Below, in pieces: positions 28,226-37,993 of a stretch of 64,000 bases of DNA. The notes below the pieces were generated by a model. The model saw only the letters and a list, made by a program, of their open reading frames with translations. It was not told the origin of the DNA and made no database searches. Position 1 is the stretch's first letter, and the number at the start of each line of letters is the position of its first letter. A program made the position numbers and the translations under genes. This DNA is from an uncultured Rickettsiales bacterium (GTDB taxonomy: Bacteria; Pseudomonadota; Alphaproteobacteria; Rickettsiales; RI-342): contig CAZIGK010000001.1 in the NCBI GenBank assembly GCA_964538615.1, positions 87,430 through 151,429 of the forward strand, written 5' to 3'.

Positions 28226-29710
28226 ATGCCACGGGGTGCCCCTTTCATTGATATACGGCCATTGTTACTGGTGAACGGCGTGTTCCTCTGTGGAATGGCG
28301 GCAACCATGCTTATTCCGGCCATGGTGGACTGGTATCACCATAACCGGGATGCGGAAGTATTTCTGGCCAGTGCTGCGGTGACCCTGTTTATTGGCATGA
28401 GTCTGTATATCAGCAACCGTGGATATCGGATGCGAGAGCTTTCCCTGCGCGAGGCTTTTTTGCTAACCGCCACTGTGTGGTTTGTCATGCCGGTGTTTGC
28501 ATCCTTTCCTTTTTTATTTTCGCACCTGAATATGGACTGGTCGGATGCGTATTTTGAATCCGTTTCCGCACTGACCACCACCGGAGCCACGGTGCTGACC
28601 GGGCTGGATGGCTTGCCCCCGGGCATGCTGCTGTGGCGTTCACTGCTGCATTTTATTGGGGGGATGGGCATTATTGTTCTGGCGGTGGCGGTATTGCCGA
28701 TTCTGGGTGTTGGGGGGATGCAGCTTTTCCGTACGGAATCTTCCGATAAATCGGATAAAATTTTGCCGAGAGCACGGCAAATATCCTCTGTGATTGCGTT
28801 GACCTACATCTGGTTGAATATTTTATGCGCTATTAGCTACTGGATGGCGGGTATGAGTGGGTTTGATGCGATCAACCACGCGATGTCTACCATGGCGACG
28901 GGTGGGTTTTCCACGCATGATGCCTCTATTGGGTACTTCAAAAGTCCGACATTAGAATGGATTACCGCCTTCTACATGGTGTTGGCGGGCGTGCCATTGC
29001 TGATGCTGTATCAAGTGTACACACAACTGGCGCGTGGTACAGCACTAAGCTTCTGGAAAGACAAGCAATTGCAGTGGTATTTGGGCATTACGCTTTTGTG
29101 TACCATGCTGCTATTTGTATGGCAGTGGGGCGGGCAGATTCATGAGAATGCATGGACAGCTTTGCGGCATGCGTTTTTTCACACTGCCTCCGTATTGAGC
29201 AGCACGGGGTTTGCTGCGCATGATTATGCTACCTGGGGCAGTTTTAGTACCGTGTTCTTTTTTCTGATTCTGACCATTGGTGGATGCACGGGATCCACGG
29301 CGGGGGGAATTAAAATTTTCCGTTTGCAGGTCTTATTTGAAACAGCAAAAATACAGTTGAAACAGCTGATTGAACCGCATGGTGTATTGCGCGCCCGTTA
29401 TAATGGACGACCGATTGACCCCAAAGTGATGACCGCTGTCACCAGTTTTATTGTCTTGTGGGGCGTAAGTTTTATGGTGCTGGCGGCCGCCGTTTCTATC
29501 TATGGGTTAGATTTTGAAACAGCGATGAGTGCCGTAGCCGCCTGTATGGCCAATGTTGGCCCTGGTATTGGAAAAATTATTGGCCCAGCGGGGAACTTTA
29601 GCACCCTACCTTCTGAATCATTGGTGATTTTGTCCTTTGCCATGTTGCTGGGGCGTTTGGAGTTGTTTACGGTATTGGTGATATTTGCCCCAAGCTTCTG
29701 GAGAGATTAA
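28226..29710 (+). CDS. trkH: Potassium uptake protein TrkH
   Basis: Repeated MPM-type hydrophobic units with TTTG/GG.STG-type selectivity motifs (TTTGATV, MATGGFS, SSTGFA, GGCTGSTAGGIK). First ATG at 28226; the track start at 28193 is a TTG. Confidence 0.92.
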   Translation: MPRGAPFIDIRPLLLVNGVFLCGMAATMLIPAMVDWYHHNRDAEVFLASAAVTLFIGMSLYISNRGYRMRELSLREAFLLTATVWFVMPVFASFPFLFSHLNMDWSDAYFESVSALTTTGATVLTGLDGLPPGMLLWRSLLHFIGGMGIIVLAVAVLPILGVGGMQLFRTESSDKSDKILPRARQISSVIALTYIWLNILCAISYWMAGMSGFDAINHAMSTMATGGFSTHDASIGYFKSPTLEWITAFYMVLAGVPLLMLYQVYTQLARGTALSFWKDKQLQWYLGITLLCTMLLFVWQWGGQIHENAWTALRHAFFHTASVLSSTGFAAHDYATWGSFSTVFFFLILTIGGCTGSTAGGIKIFRLQVLFETAKIQLKQLIEPHGVLRARYNGRPIDPKVMTAVTSFIVLWGVSFMVLAAAVSIYGLDFETAMSAVAACMANVGPGIGKIIGPAGNFSTLPSESLVILSFAMLLGRLELFTVLVIFAPSFWRD

Positions 29711-29991
29711 TGGTAAATCCGTTGGTATATTTGGTGAATCTTCTACTTTCGATGGTGAATTTTATTGTGGTCGCCTCGGTGATTATGCATTTTTTGGTCG
29801 TGTTTAAGGTCATCAACCTGCATAACCCGATGATTTATAAACTCCACGATTTGTTATTTCGTCTGACAGAACCGCTATTTTCCCGCGTGCGGCGATATGT
29901 GCCACCGTTGAACGGAGTGGATTTATCCCCGCTGGTGGTGTTGGTCGGGATTCAGTTTTTGCAATATACGCTGGCATATGTCTTTGCCTGA
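29710..29991 (+). CDS. YggT family membrane protein
   Basis: 93 aa with two TM helices and a P....G.D.SP motif (PPLNGVDLSPL). Confidence 0.85.
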   Translation: MVNPLVYLVNLLLSMVNFIVVASVIMHFLVVFKVINLHNPMIYKLHDLLFRLTEPLFSRVRRYVPPLNGVDLSPLVVLVGIQFLQYTLAYVFA

Positions 29992-30271
29992 GGCGTTAGC
30001 CGATTATGGTGAAAAGCTGACAGAAGGGGGGAGATTCCGCTTTTACGTGCGTGTGACCCCCAATGCCAGACGCGATGCAATAGAAGGATGGAAAGCACTG
30101 GCGGATGGCACTGTCGCACTGCATGTGCGGTTAAACGCGCAGCCTGAAGATGGCAAGGCAAATAAGGCTCTGCTGGCCTTTCTGGCCAAAGAGTGGGGGG
30201 TCAGCAAAAGTGCCCTGACACTGCAAAAAGGTGAGAGCAGCCGGTTGAAGCGGTTGGTTATTGATCTGTGA
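29978..30271 (+). CDS. DUF167 (YggU) family protein
   Basis: RFYVRVTPNARRDAIEGW and GKANKALLAFLAK motifs; usual partner of yggT. Confidence 0.88.
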   Translation: MSLPEALADYGEKLTEGGRFRFYVRVTPNARRDAIEGWKALADGTVALHVRLNAQPEDGKANKALLAFLAKEWGVSKSALTLQKGESSRLKRLVIDL

Positions 30272-30400
30272 TGGTGTCATGAACTTGTCATCAGCCTAAT
30301 GTTAGCCCATGACATCTTCAGTCATGTTGCCGTGATGCTGGAGCATGATGGCTAGGATTCTGCGACACAAACTTTCCAATTTGATGGCAAGCATGCGGGA

Positions 30401-30688
30401 ATGGATGCACCTCCGATTCGTTTTGCCACCGAAGCAGAAGCACGCTTGCATAAGCAGTCCGCAGATTTGAGTGCCTTGCTGCTATTGGAACAGGGGAACG
30501 ATGGTCGTTGGGCATGGCATTGGCCCGCCAACGAAACGCTGGAAGGACAGCAAGCTCTTGGCTTATTCAAAGAGATTTTATGCGATGTCTTTCAACGCCA
30601 TGGCTTGAATGTACACAGTAACAGTGACAAGACCATTGCCGACACATGCGCGGCTTCCAGCCCTGCGCTAGGGCGTGGAGCCGCATAG
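30401..30688 (+). CDS. Hypothetical protein (95 aa)
   Basis: Only an open frame with protein-like composition. Weak SD; no motif recognised. Confidence 0.35.
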   Translation: MDAPPIRFATEAEARLHKQSADLSALLLLEQGNDGRWAWHWPANETLEGQQALGLFKEILCDVFQRHGLNVHSNSDKTIADTCAASSPALGRGAA

Positions 30689-30703
30689 ACCGGAAAAGCA
30701 GGC

Positions 30704-31942
30704 TTATTTCACGTCTTCGGACTTCACGTGATCCTGCTGGATTTTGCGCATGCGTAGGCGCAAGGCATTGAGTTTGATGAAGCCTTCCGCATCTTTTTGG
30801 TCATAGACCATATCTTCCTCGAAGGTGGCATGAGCTTTGCTGTACAGGCTTTGCAGAGAGCGGCGACCAACAACGGAGACGTTACCTTTGTATAGCATCA
30901 GGCGCACTTCTCCATTTACCTGACGCTGGCTGGCATCAATGGCGGCTTGCAGCATCAGACGCTCCGGTGACCACCAGTAACCATTGTAGATCAATTCCGC
31001 GTAGCGGGGCATCAGTTCATCTTTCAGATGGGCGGCGCCACGATCCAGCGTGATGCTTTCAATACCACGGTGAGCGGCCAGCAAAATAGTGCCGCCGGGA
31101 GTTTCATAAACCCCACGGGACTTAATGCCGACATAGCGATTTTCGACCAGATCCAACCGTCCGACACCATGTTTTCCCCCCAGTTCATTCAGGCGGGTAA
31201 GCAAGGCCGCGGGACTTAAAGCTTCACCGTTCACCTCGATTGGGTCACCATGCTCGAAAGTGATGGTGATGTATTCCGGCTCGTTGGGGGCATCTTTGGG
31301 ATCAACGGTACGCAGGAACATATCGGCTTCCGGCTCCGTCCATGGGTCTTCCAGCACTTCACCTTCGTAAGAGATATGCAACAGGTTGGCATCCATGGAA
31401 TAAGGGGGGGTGCCGCGTTTACTTTTAGGTACGGGGATTTGGTGTTTTTCTGCATAATCAATGAGTTTGGTGCGAGAGTTCAGATCCCACTCCCGCCATG
31501 GAGCGATCACTTTAATATCTGGTTTCAGGCTGTAATACCCAAGTTCAAAGCGTACCTGATCATTCCCTTTGCCTGTTGCACCATGGGCGACTGCATCGGC
31601 TCCGGTCGCCATGGCAATTTCAATTTGCCGCTTGGCGATAAGGGGACGGGCGATAGACGTGCCCAGCAGATAACAGCCTTCATAAACCGTATTCGCACGG
31701 AACATGGGAAATACATAATCACGGACAAATTCTTCCCGTAGGTCTTCGACATAAATATCTTTCACACCGAACATTTCCGCTTTACGGCGGGCTTCATCCA
31801 GTTCATCCCCCTGCCCTAAATCTGCGGTGAAGGTGACGACCTCGCATTGGTAGGTTTCCTTCAGCCATTTCAGGATGACCGAGGTATCCAGTCCGCCAGA
31901 ATAGGCGAGAACAACTTTTTTCACTGTGCCGGATGGTTTCAT
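30704..31942 (-). CDS. argG: Argininosuccinate synthase
   Basis: [13 protein letters not shown]-terminus and [13 protein letters not shown] motif; 412 aa. Confidence 0.97.
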   Translation of the reverse strand: MKPSGTVKKVVLAYSGGLDTSVILKWLKETYQCEVVTFTADLGQGDELDEARRKAEMFGVKDIYVEDLREEFVRDYVFPMFRANTVYEGCYLLGTSIARPLIAKRQIEIAMATGADAVAHGATGKGNDQVRFELGYYSLKPDIKVIAPWREWDLNSRTKLIDYAEKHQIPVPKSKRGTPPYSMDANLLHISYEGEVLEDPWTEPEADMFLRTVDPKDAPNEPEYITITFEHGDPIEVNGEALSPAALLTRLNELGGKHGVGRLDLVENRYVGIKSRGVYETPGGTILLAAHRGIESITLDRGAAHLKDELMPRYAELIYNGYWWSPERLMLQAAIDASQRQVNGEVRLMLYKGNVSVVGRRSLQSLYSKAHATFEEDMVYDQKDAEGFIKLNALRLRMRKIQQDHVKSEDVK

Positions 31943-32053
31943 GACGAGCGGCCCTTTGGGTTGGAATGGAGGAAGAAGGGTGAGACGTTTTCTCTATCGC
32001 AAAGCACCGTCTCGCAAAAGGTTTTTTAACAGGTGGCAGGCAAAATATTTAGC

Positions 32054-33757
32054 ATGACTCAGAACCATGACACCCTACCTTTGCCGTGGATACAGGACAT
32101 GCTGGTGACAGCCGGTCTGGAGGAGGTGCTGCAACTACCGGAGCATCGTGATATTACCACGGATCTGCTGGATGCGATTTTGGATGAGGCCGAGAAGTTT
32201 GCGGGGAATATTCTTCTTCCGTTGCAAATGATCGGAGACAGGCAGGGCGCTGCCTTACAAGGGGTAACGGTGACCATGCCCGATGGCTTTGTTGACGCGT
32301 ACAGGGATTTTATTTCCTCCGGCTGGAACACCCTGACCGCCCCCAAAACCTATGGTGGACAGCATTTACCCTGGATGATTGCCAGTGCGGTCAATGAATT
32401 GTTTCATGGAGCCAACAGCGCTTTTGCTTTATGCCCTTTGCTGACGCAGGCGGGTATTGAGTTATTGCATGCCCATGGTAGCGAGACACTGCGGCACTAT
32501 TACCTGCCGAAGCTGGTGCAGGGTGACTGGACAGCGACCATGTGTCTGACCGAGCCACAGGCGGGATCGAACGTGGGGGCGGTCAGTGCGACGGCAGAAC
32601 CGGATGAAGCGGATGAAGCGGATGCATACCACATCAGCGGGCAAAAAATATTCATCAGTTACGGGGAACACAACCTGACTGAGAATATTGTGCATTTTGT
32701 ACTGGCACGTCTGCCAGGCGCCCCGAAAGGAACGGCGGGTTTATCCTTATTTCTGGTGCCTAAAAGACTGCCGGACGGCCAGCATAACCGTGTGGCTTGC
32801 CTGTCTTTGGAACATAAAATGGGTCTGCATGCCAGCCCTACCTGTGTCATGCAGTTTGATCGCGCAGAGGGCTGGCTGGTGGGAGATGCGCATGGCGGCA
32901 TCAAGGCGATGTTTACCATGATGAATAACGCCCGTCTGGGGGTGGGCATTCAGGCGTTGGGCATCGCCGGACGCGCCTGTCACATGGCACAGGCTTTCGC
33001 ACAGGAGCGGATACAGGGTGACAAATCCCGCCCCAAAGCGACCATCAACCAATATGGCGATGTGCAGGTGATGTTACAAACCCTGCAAGCCCATATGCAG
33101 AGCTTGCGAGGCTTGTGTTATTACACCGCCGCATGGCTGGACAAAGCACATCACGCAAAGGAGCATCAGCAACGGTTGGATTTTCTGATTCCCATTGCCA
33201 AGGCGCACACAACGGATGTGGCGTTTGAGATGACCTCCCTCGCGATGCAAGTGTATGGCGGCATGGGGTATGTGGAAGAAAGCGGTATAGCGCAACTGAT
33301 GCGTGATGTGCGGGTAACCATGTTGTATGAGGGCACCAACGGGATTCAGGCGATGGATTTATTGACCCGCAAGCTGGTGCGGGATGAGGGGACTGTCGCC
33401 TGGGAGTTGTGTGAAGAGATACGTCACTTTGCTAAAAACATTCAGGGTTTACGTAACCCACAAAAAGCTATGTTACGCAACCAGTTATTGCAGGCAGCTC
33501 ATGGAATGGAAGAGCTTTCGGAATGCATGCTCTCCGCCATGGCCGCCAAGAATGACAAGGCAGACCGCTGTGCAAGGGATTACACCCGTTGCTGGGGGTA
33601 CAGCCTGCAAGCATGGCTTCTGGCGAAATGGGCCTTGGCCAACCCGGATAACCAGAAGCTAAAGTTGGCCTGTTTTTTTGCCAGCCGTATTTTGCCTGCT
33701 GCAGAAGGGCTGAGAATAGGGATGATGCTGGAGTTACAGTCGGATAGCAGCAAGTAG
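32054..33757 (+). CDS. Long-form acyl-CoA dehydrogenase family protein
   Basis: TEPQAGS and YEGTNGIQ ACAD motifs plus the extended C-terminal domain typical of ~570-aa family members. ATG at 32054. Confidence 0.88.
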   Translation: MTQNHDTLPLPWIQDMLVTAGLEEVLQLPEHRDITTDLLDAILDEAEKFAGNILLPLQMIGDRQGAALQGVTVTMPDGFVDAYRDFISSGWNTLTAPKTYGGQHLPWMIASAVNELFHGANSAFALCPLLTQAGIELLHAHGSETLRHYYLPKLVQGDWTATMCLTEPQAGSNVGAVSATAEPDEADEADAYHISGQKIFISYGEHNLTENIVHFVLARLPGAPKGTAGLSLFLVPKRLPDGQHNRVACLSLEHKMGLHASPTCVMQFDRAEGWLVGDAHGGIKAMFTMMNNARLGVGIQALGIAGRACHMAQAFAQERIQGDKSRPKATINQYGDVQVMLQTLQAHMQSLRGLCYYTAAWLDKAHHAKEHQQRLDFLIPIAKAHTTDVAFEMTSLAMQVYGGMGYVEESGIAQLMRDVRVTMLYEGTNGIQAMDLLTRKLVRDEGTVAWELCEEIRHFAKNIQGLRNPQKAMLRNQLLQAAHGMEELSECMLSAMAAKNDKADRCARDYTRCWGYSLQAWLLAKWALANPDNQKLKLACFFASRILPAAEGLRIGMMLELQSDSSK

Positions 33758-33768
33758 ATGCCGGGGGA

Positions 33769-34272
33769 CTATTCCAGCGACCATGCATCTGCTTCCTGCT
33801 GTTTACGAAGCTCAATGGCAGCGAGATCCGCACAGGTTTTGCGCAAGGGCATATCTTTCATGCGCAGCAGAAAAGGCTGCAATTGCATTTCCAGATGGTA
33901 GAGGCTGTCTATCATGACGCCACCTTTGGTTTCAATATCACGCTTTTGCGTGATATCCGGCGTGACAAGTGTCCATGGCATATGCGGTGAGGCTTGCATG
34001 GCTCTGGCTGCCAACGCGACATTGGGTGCCCCTTTTTCGACCCCCATTACAACGCCTGCCAGACAGGGAAACGCCTCCAGGTTTTCATCATAATACACCA
34101 TGTCTTCCCAATCGGTAATAGTATCGGCGACATCGGATATTTCTTCTAACCAGTAAATGTGATAGCCGTGGTTTTGCAGCAGTTTTGCCAACTCTTCTGC
34201 CCATTCCGCACCCATGGGGCATAGAAGAATCGTTTGCCCTTGTTGAGGGACGTTTTGTTGACGTTTTCCCAT
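33769..34272 (-). CDS. Hypothetical protein (167 aa)
   Basis: Long open frame with balanced composition and no recognisable motif. Confidence 0.5.
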   Translation of the reverse strand: MGKRQQNVPQQGQTILLCPMGAEWAEELAKLLQNHGYHIYWLEEISDVADTITDWEDMVYYDENLEAFPCLAGVVMGVEKGAPNVALAARAMQASPHMPWTLVTPDITQKRDIETKGGVMIDSLYHLEMQLQPFLLRMKDMPLRKTCADLAAIELRKQQEADAWSLE

Positions 34273-34395
34273 ATGATGTAACCCTGTTTAACCATGTTGC
34301 AGGAAGGCTAACAGAAGGCAAACAGCCTGTCAGTTGCTACTTGCAAATAAACAGTGTTTAATTTATGATCCGGTAGAGTGTAAGCAGGAGTCACT

Positions 34396-35718
34396 ATGTC
34401 TAACCTGATGTTTCAGCGGCGTTATGCGCCCTTATTCGCCACCCAGTTTTTGGGAGCATTGAATGATAATTTGTTCAAGAACGCGTATGTGGTGCTTATC
34501 ACCTATTATCTGGCCGAACAAGCCGGACTGAATGCGGGTATGATGGTCACGCTGGCGGCCGGGATGTTTATTTTGCCGTTCTTTCTCTTCTCTGCCACGG
34601 CAGGGCAATATGCTGACAAGCTTGAAAAATCCCGACTAATTACCCGCATTAAGATGCTGGAAATTGTATTAATGGCCTTTGGGGGGCTTGGTTTTGCCAT
34701 GGAATCCAGTGGTTTTTTGATGCTGGTTCTGTTTGGAATGGGAACACAGTCTGCTTTTTTTGGCCCATTGAAATATAGTATTCTGCCTGATCACTTGCAG
34801 GAGCATGAATTGATTGCCGGTAATGCGTGGATGAGTGCCGGAACCTTTCTGGCTATTTTGCTTGGAACGATTTTGGGCGGGTTGTTAATTTTACAGCCCG
34901 ATGGGACAACGCTGGTTACCAGCATTAGCCTGTGCGTTGCTGTGCTGGGCTGGCTGAGCAGCCGCTGGATTCCCGTTGCGGCTCCTGCAGCGCCCAATTT
35001 ACATGTCAACCGCCAGATACTCCGTGCTACATGGCATACATTGCAGGAGACGAAAACACGGGAAGATGTGTTTTTATCTATTTTGGGTATCAGTTGGTTC
35101 TGGTTTGTTGGCGCCACGTTTTTGGCGCAGTTTCCTACCTTTGCCAAGCATATACTAAACAGTGATGAACAGGTGGTGACGTTGTTTTTGACGCTGTTTT
35201 CAGTCGGTATCGCCATGGGTTCCATGCTGTGCAACCGTATGCTGAAGGGAAAAACCAGTGGCTCTTTGGCACCGTGGGGAGCCTTGGGCATGGCACTGGG
35301 CATTGGCGGCCTGTATGTGTTTTCACCGGAGCCTGTGATGTATATACAAGCACCGGAAATATTGGATTTACAGGGATTTTTGGCATCACCGGGGGCTTGG
35401 GGCATTGTGGGGAGCCTGTTATGCATCGCGATTTGCGGGGGTGTATATATTGTGCCGCTCTATGCCATTATGCAGGCGCGCACCGCCAAGAGCCACCGGG
35501 CGCGAGTGGTTGCCGGGAATAATATTATGAATGCGTTATTCATGGTGGCGTCTGCTCTTGTGACGCTGGGAATGTATGCGGCAGGCATGACCGTGACTGA
35601 TGTGTTTGCTGTGCTAGGGCTGGTGAATGTGCCTGTGGCATGGTTGGTGCACCGTATTGTGAAGGCGCAGCAGGCATTGCAGGCAGCGCAGCAGACGGAA
35701 CTGGGAAATAAACCGTAA
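34396..35718 (+). CDS. lplT: Lysophospholipid transporter LplT (MFS)
   Basis: MFS topology, N-terminus MFQRRYAPLFATQFLGALNDNLFKNA typical of LplT, and pairing with aas. Confidence 0.88.
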   Translation: MSNLMFQRRYAPLFATQFLGALNDNLFKNAYVVLITYYLAEQAGLNAGMMVTLAAGMFILPFFLFSATAGQYADKLEKSRLITRIKMLEIVLMAFGGLGFAMESSGFLMLVLFGMGTQSAFFGPLKYSILPDHLQEHELIAGNAWMSAGTFLAILLGTILGGLLILQPDGTTLVTSISLCVAVLGWLSSRWIPVAAPAAPNLHVNRQILRATWHTLQETKTREDVFLSILGISWFWFVGATFLAQFPTFAKHILNSDEQVVTLFLTLFSVGIAMGSMLCNRMLKGKTSGSLAPWGALGMALGIGGLYVFSPEPVMYIQAPEILDLQGFLASPGAWGIVGSLLCIAICGGVYIVPLYAIMQARTAKSHRARVVAGNNIMNALFMVASALVTLGMYAAGMTVTDVFAVLGLVNVPVAWLVHRIVKAQQALQAAQQTELGNKP

Positions 35719-35726
35719 GGGAGGCC

Positions 35727-37877
35727 ATGATGATACGCCAGCTACTACGGATGTTGCTGCGTTTATGTTACCGGGTGGAGGTGAGTGGCGAAGCACACTA
35801 CCGGGCTGCAGGTGAACGAGTATTAATGGTATCGAATCATCTATCGTTTCTGGATGCCATATTACTGGCGTGCTTTTTGCCGGAAAAGCCGATGTTTGCC
35901 ATTAACACCCATATTGCCAAACGCTGGTGGGTACGGCCTTTTTTATCGCTGGTGCATGCATTTCCCATAGACCCGACCAACCCGATGGCGACTAAAAAAA
36001 TCATTGAAGAAATGCGCAAAGACCGCAAATGCGTGATTTTTCCGGAAGGGCGCATCACAGTGACGGGATCTTTGATGAAAATATACGAAGGGCCGGGACT
36101 GATTGCGGATAAGTCTGGTTCTGTGTTACTCCCTATCCGGCTGGAGGGAGCGCAATATAGCCCCTTCTCCCGACTGCGGGGAAAGGTGAGGCTGCGGTGG
36201 TTTCCCCGTATTACGCTGACCATTGAACCCCCTGTTGCCATTGACATACCAGAAGAAGTGAAAGGGCGCAGTCGGCGTGCGGCCATCAGTTTGCAGCTTT
36301 ATGATATTATGAGTCATATGCTGTTTGATAGTTCCCCGCTTCAGGCGACTTTGTTTGAAGCACTGATGGACTCCATGGCGATACATGGTGGAAACCACCG
36401 TATCGCAGAGGATATTCAACGCAGCCCCCTCACCTATCGGCAACTGATTGCCCGTAGCCGGATATTGGGGGATAGGATAAAGCGGGAAGGACGTGACGGA
36501 GATCGGGTGGGTATTATGCTGCCCAATATGGTGAGTACACTGGTGTGCTTTTTTGCGGTGCAGGTGGCGGGCAGAGTCCCTGCCATGCTGAACTTCAGTA
36601 CCGGCGCCGCCAACATTGCCAGTGCCATTCAAACCGCACAGATAGGGCGGGTGTATAGTTCCCGCCAGTTTGTGGAAAAAGGACGCCTGCAACCGTTGGT
36701 GACCGCTATGGAACAGGCGGGGGCTGAGGTCAGCTATCTGGAAGATATGGCAGCGACTATCCCTTTACGGGTCAAGCTATCCGGGCTTGTGTTAAGTTAC
36801 TGCCCATGGCTGTTGCAACGCAGCCTGCCCAAACGCTGTGCAGAGGATACGGCTGTGGTGTTGTTTACCTCCGGTTCCGAAGGTGCCCCCAAGGGGGTTG
36901 CACTGAGCCATCGCAACCTATTGGCCAACCGATATCAGATGGCGGCTCGCATTGATTTTAACGCAACGGATCGGGTGTTTAATGCCTTACCTGTGTTTCA
37001 TAGTTTTGGCTTGACGGGAGGAACGTTATTGCCGGTTCTTTCCGGAGCGAGCGTGTTCTTTTACCCTTCCCCGCTACATTACCGGATTGTGCCTGAGCTG
37101 GCCTATGACACCAATGCGACCATTCTGTTTGGAACAGATACGTTTTTGTCTGGGTATGCGCGGTTTGCTCATCCATATGATTTTTATAATGTGCGGTATA
37201 TTTTTGCCGGGGCAGAAAAACTGAAAGAGGAAACGCGCCGCATCTATAGTGAAAAATATGGTGTGCGGATTCTGGAAGGATATGGGGCAACCGAGACATC
37301 ACCCGTGATTGCCTGTAACACACCGATGCATCATAAAGCGGGAACAGTGGGGCGGATTCTGCCGGGCATTGAGACGCAACTGGAAGAGGTGCCGGGTATT
37401 GCAGAAGGCGGTAAGCTGAAAGTGCGGGGCCCCAACGTGATGCAGGGGTATTTACTGGCCTCGGCACCGGGGGTTTTGCAGCCGGTAGAGGATGGCTGGT
37501 ACGACACTGGGGACATTGTGACGCTGGATGCGCAGGGATTTGTGACGATAGCCGGCCGTGCCAAACGTTTTGCGAAAATTGGCGGAGAAATGGTCTCTCT
37601 AACGGCAGTGGAAAAGCTGGCACAGGCCGTATGGCCGGGCTTTACGCATGCGGTGATTGCCGTGCCGGATGCCAAAAAAGGGGAACAACTGGTGCTATTC
37701 AGTGATAACCCGAAGGCAAACAGGGCTGAATTACAGCAGTATGGCAAAGAGAAAGGGGTATCGGAATTATCCATTCCACGTCAGATTGAGGTGGTATCCG
37801 CCATTCCGGTATTGGGTACGGGCAAGGTGGATCTGGTCAGCTTGAAAGAGCAATATGTACAAAAGCTCTCTGGCTGA
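35727..37877 (+). CDS. aas: Bifunctional 2-acylglycerophosphoethanolamine acyltransferase / acyl-ACP synthetase Aas
   Basis: PlsC-type NHLSFLD H(X)4D motif at the N-terminus and AMP-binding motif FTSGSEGAPKGV in the C-terminal two thirds. Confidence 0.9.
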   Translation: MMIRQLLRMLLRLCYRVEVSGEAHYRAAGERVLMVSNHLSFLDAILLACFLPEKPMFAINTHIAKRWWVRPFLSLVHAFPIDPTNPMATKKIIEEMRKDRKCVIFPEGRITVTGSLMKIYEGPGLIADKSGSVLLPIRLEGAQYSPFSRLRGKVRLRWFPRITLTIEPPVAIDIPEEVKGRSRRAAISLQLYDIMSHMLFDSSPLQATLFEALMDSMAIHGGNHRIAEDIQRSPLTYRQLIARSRILGDRIKREGRDGDRVGIMLPNMVSTLVCFFAVQVAGRVPAMLNFSTGAANIASAIQTAQIGRVYSSRQFVEKGRLQPLVTAMEQAGAEVSYLEDMAATIPLRVKLSGLVLSYCPWLLQRSLPKRCAEDTAVVLFTSGSEGAPKGVALSHRNLLANRYQMAARIDFNATDRVFNALPVFHSFGLTGGTLLPVLSGASVFFYPSPLHYRIVPELAYDTNATILFGTDTFLSGYARFAHPYDFYNVRYIFAGAEKLKEETRRIYSEKYGVRILEGYGATETSPVIACNTPMHHKAGTVGRILPGIETQLEEVPGIAEGGKLKVRGPNVMQGYLLASAPGVLQPVEDGWYDTGDIVTLDAQGFVTIAGRAKRFAKIGGEMVSLTAVEKLAQAVWPGFTHAVIAVPDAKKGEQLVLFSDNPKANRAELQQYGKEKGVSELSIPRQIEVVSAIPVLGTGKVDLVSLKEQYVQKLSG

Positions 37878-37993
37878 GGCATGCGCGGGTGTTGTCACGA
37901 GAGGGATAGCGTGCTGAAAATGGCTATTTTCGAAAACCGGAGGCGTACAAAACCTCTACATGCAGTTCATTACATATCTCGTGACGTCTCTCT

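Noticed and set aside
32601-32627. 9-bp tandem repeat CGGATGAAG x2 plus an imperfect third copy in the acyl-CoA dehydrogenase gene (encodes EPDEADEADA).
   Set aside because: This is a short in-frame acidic loop insertion. It is probably neutral slippage and shows no sign of being a functional element.
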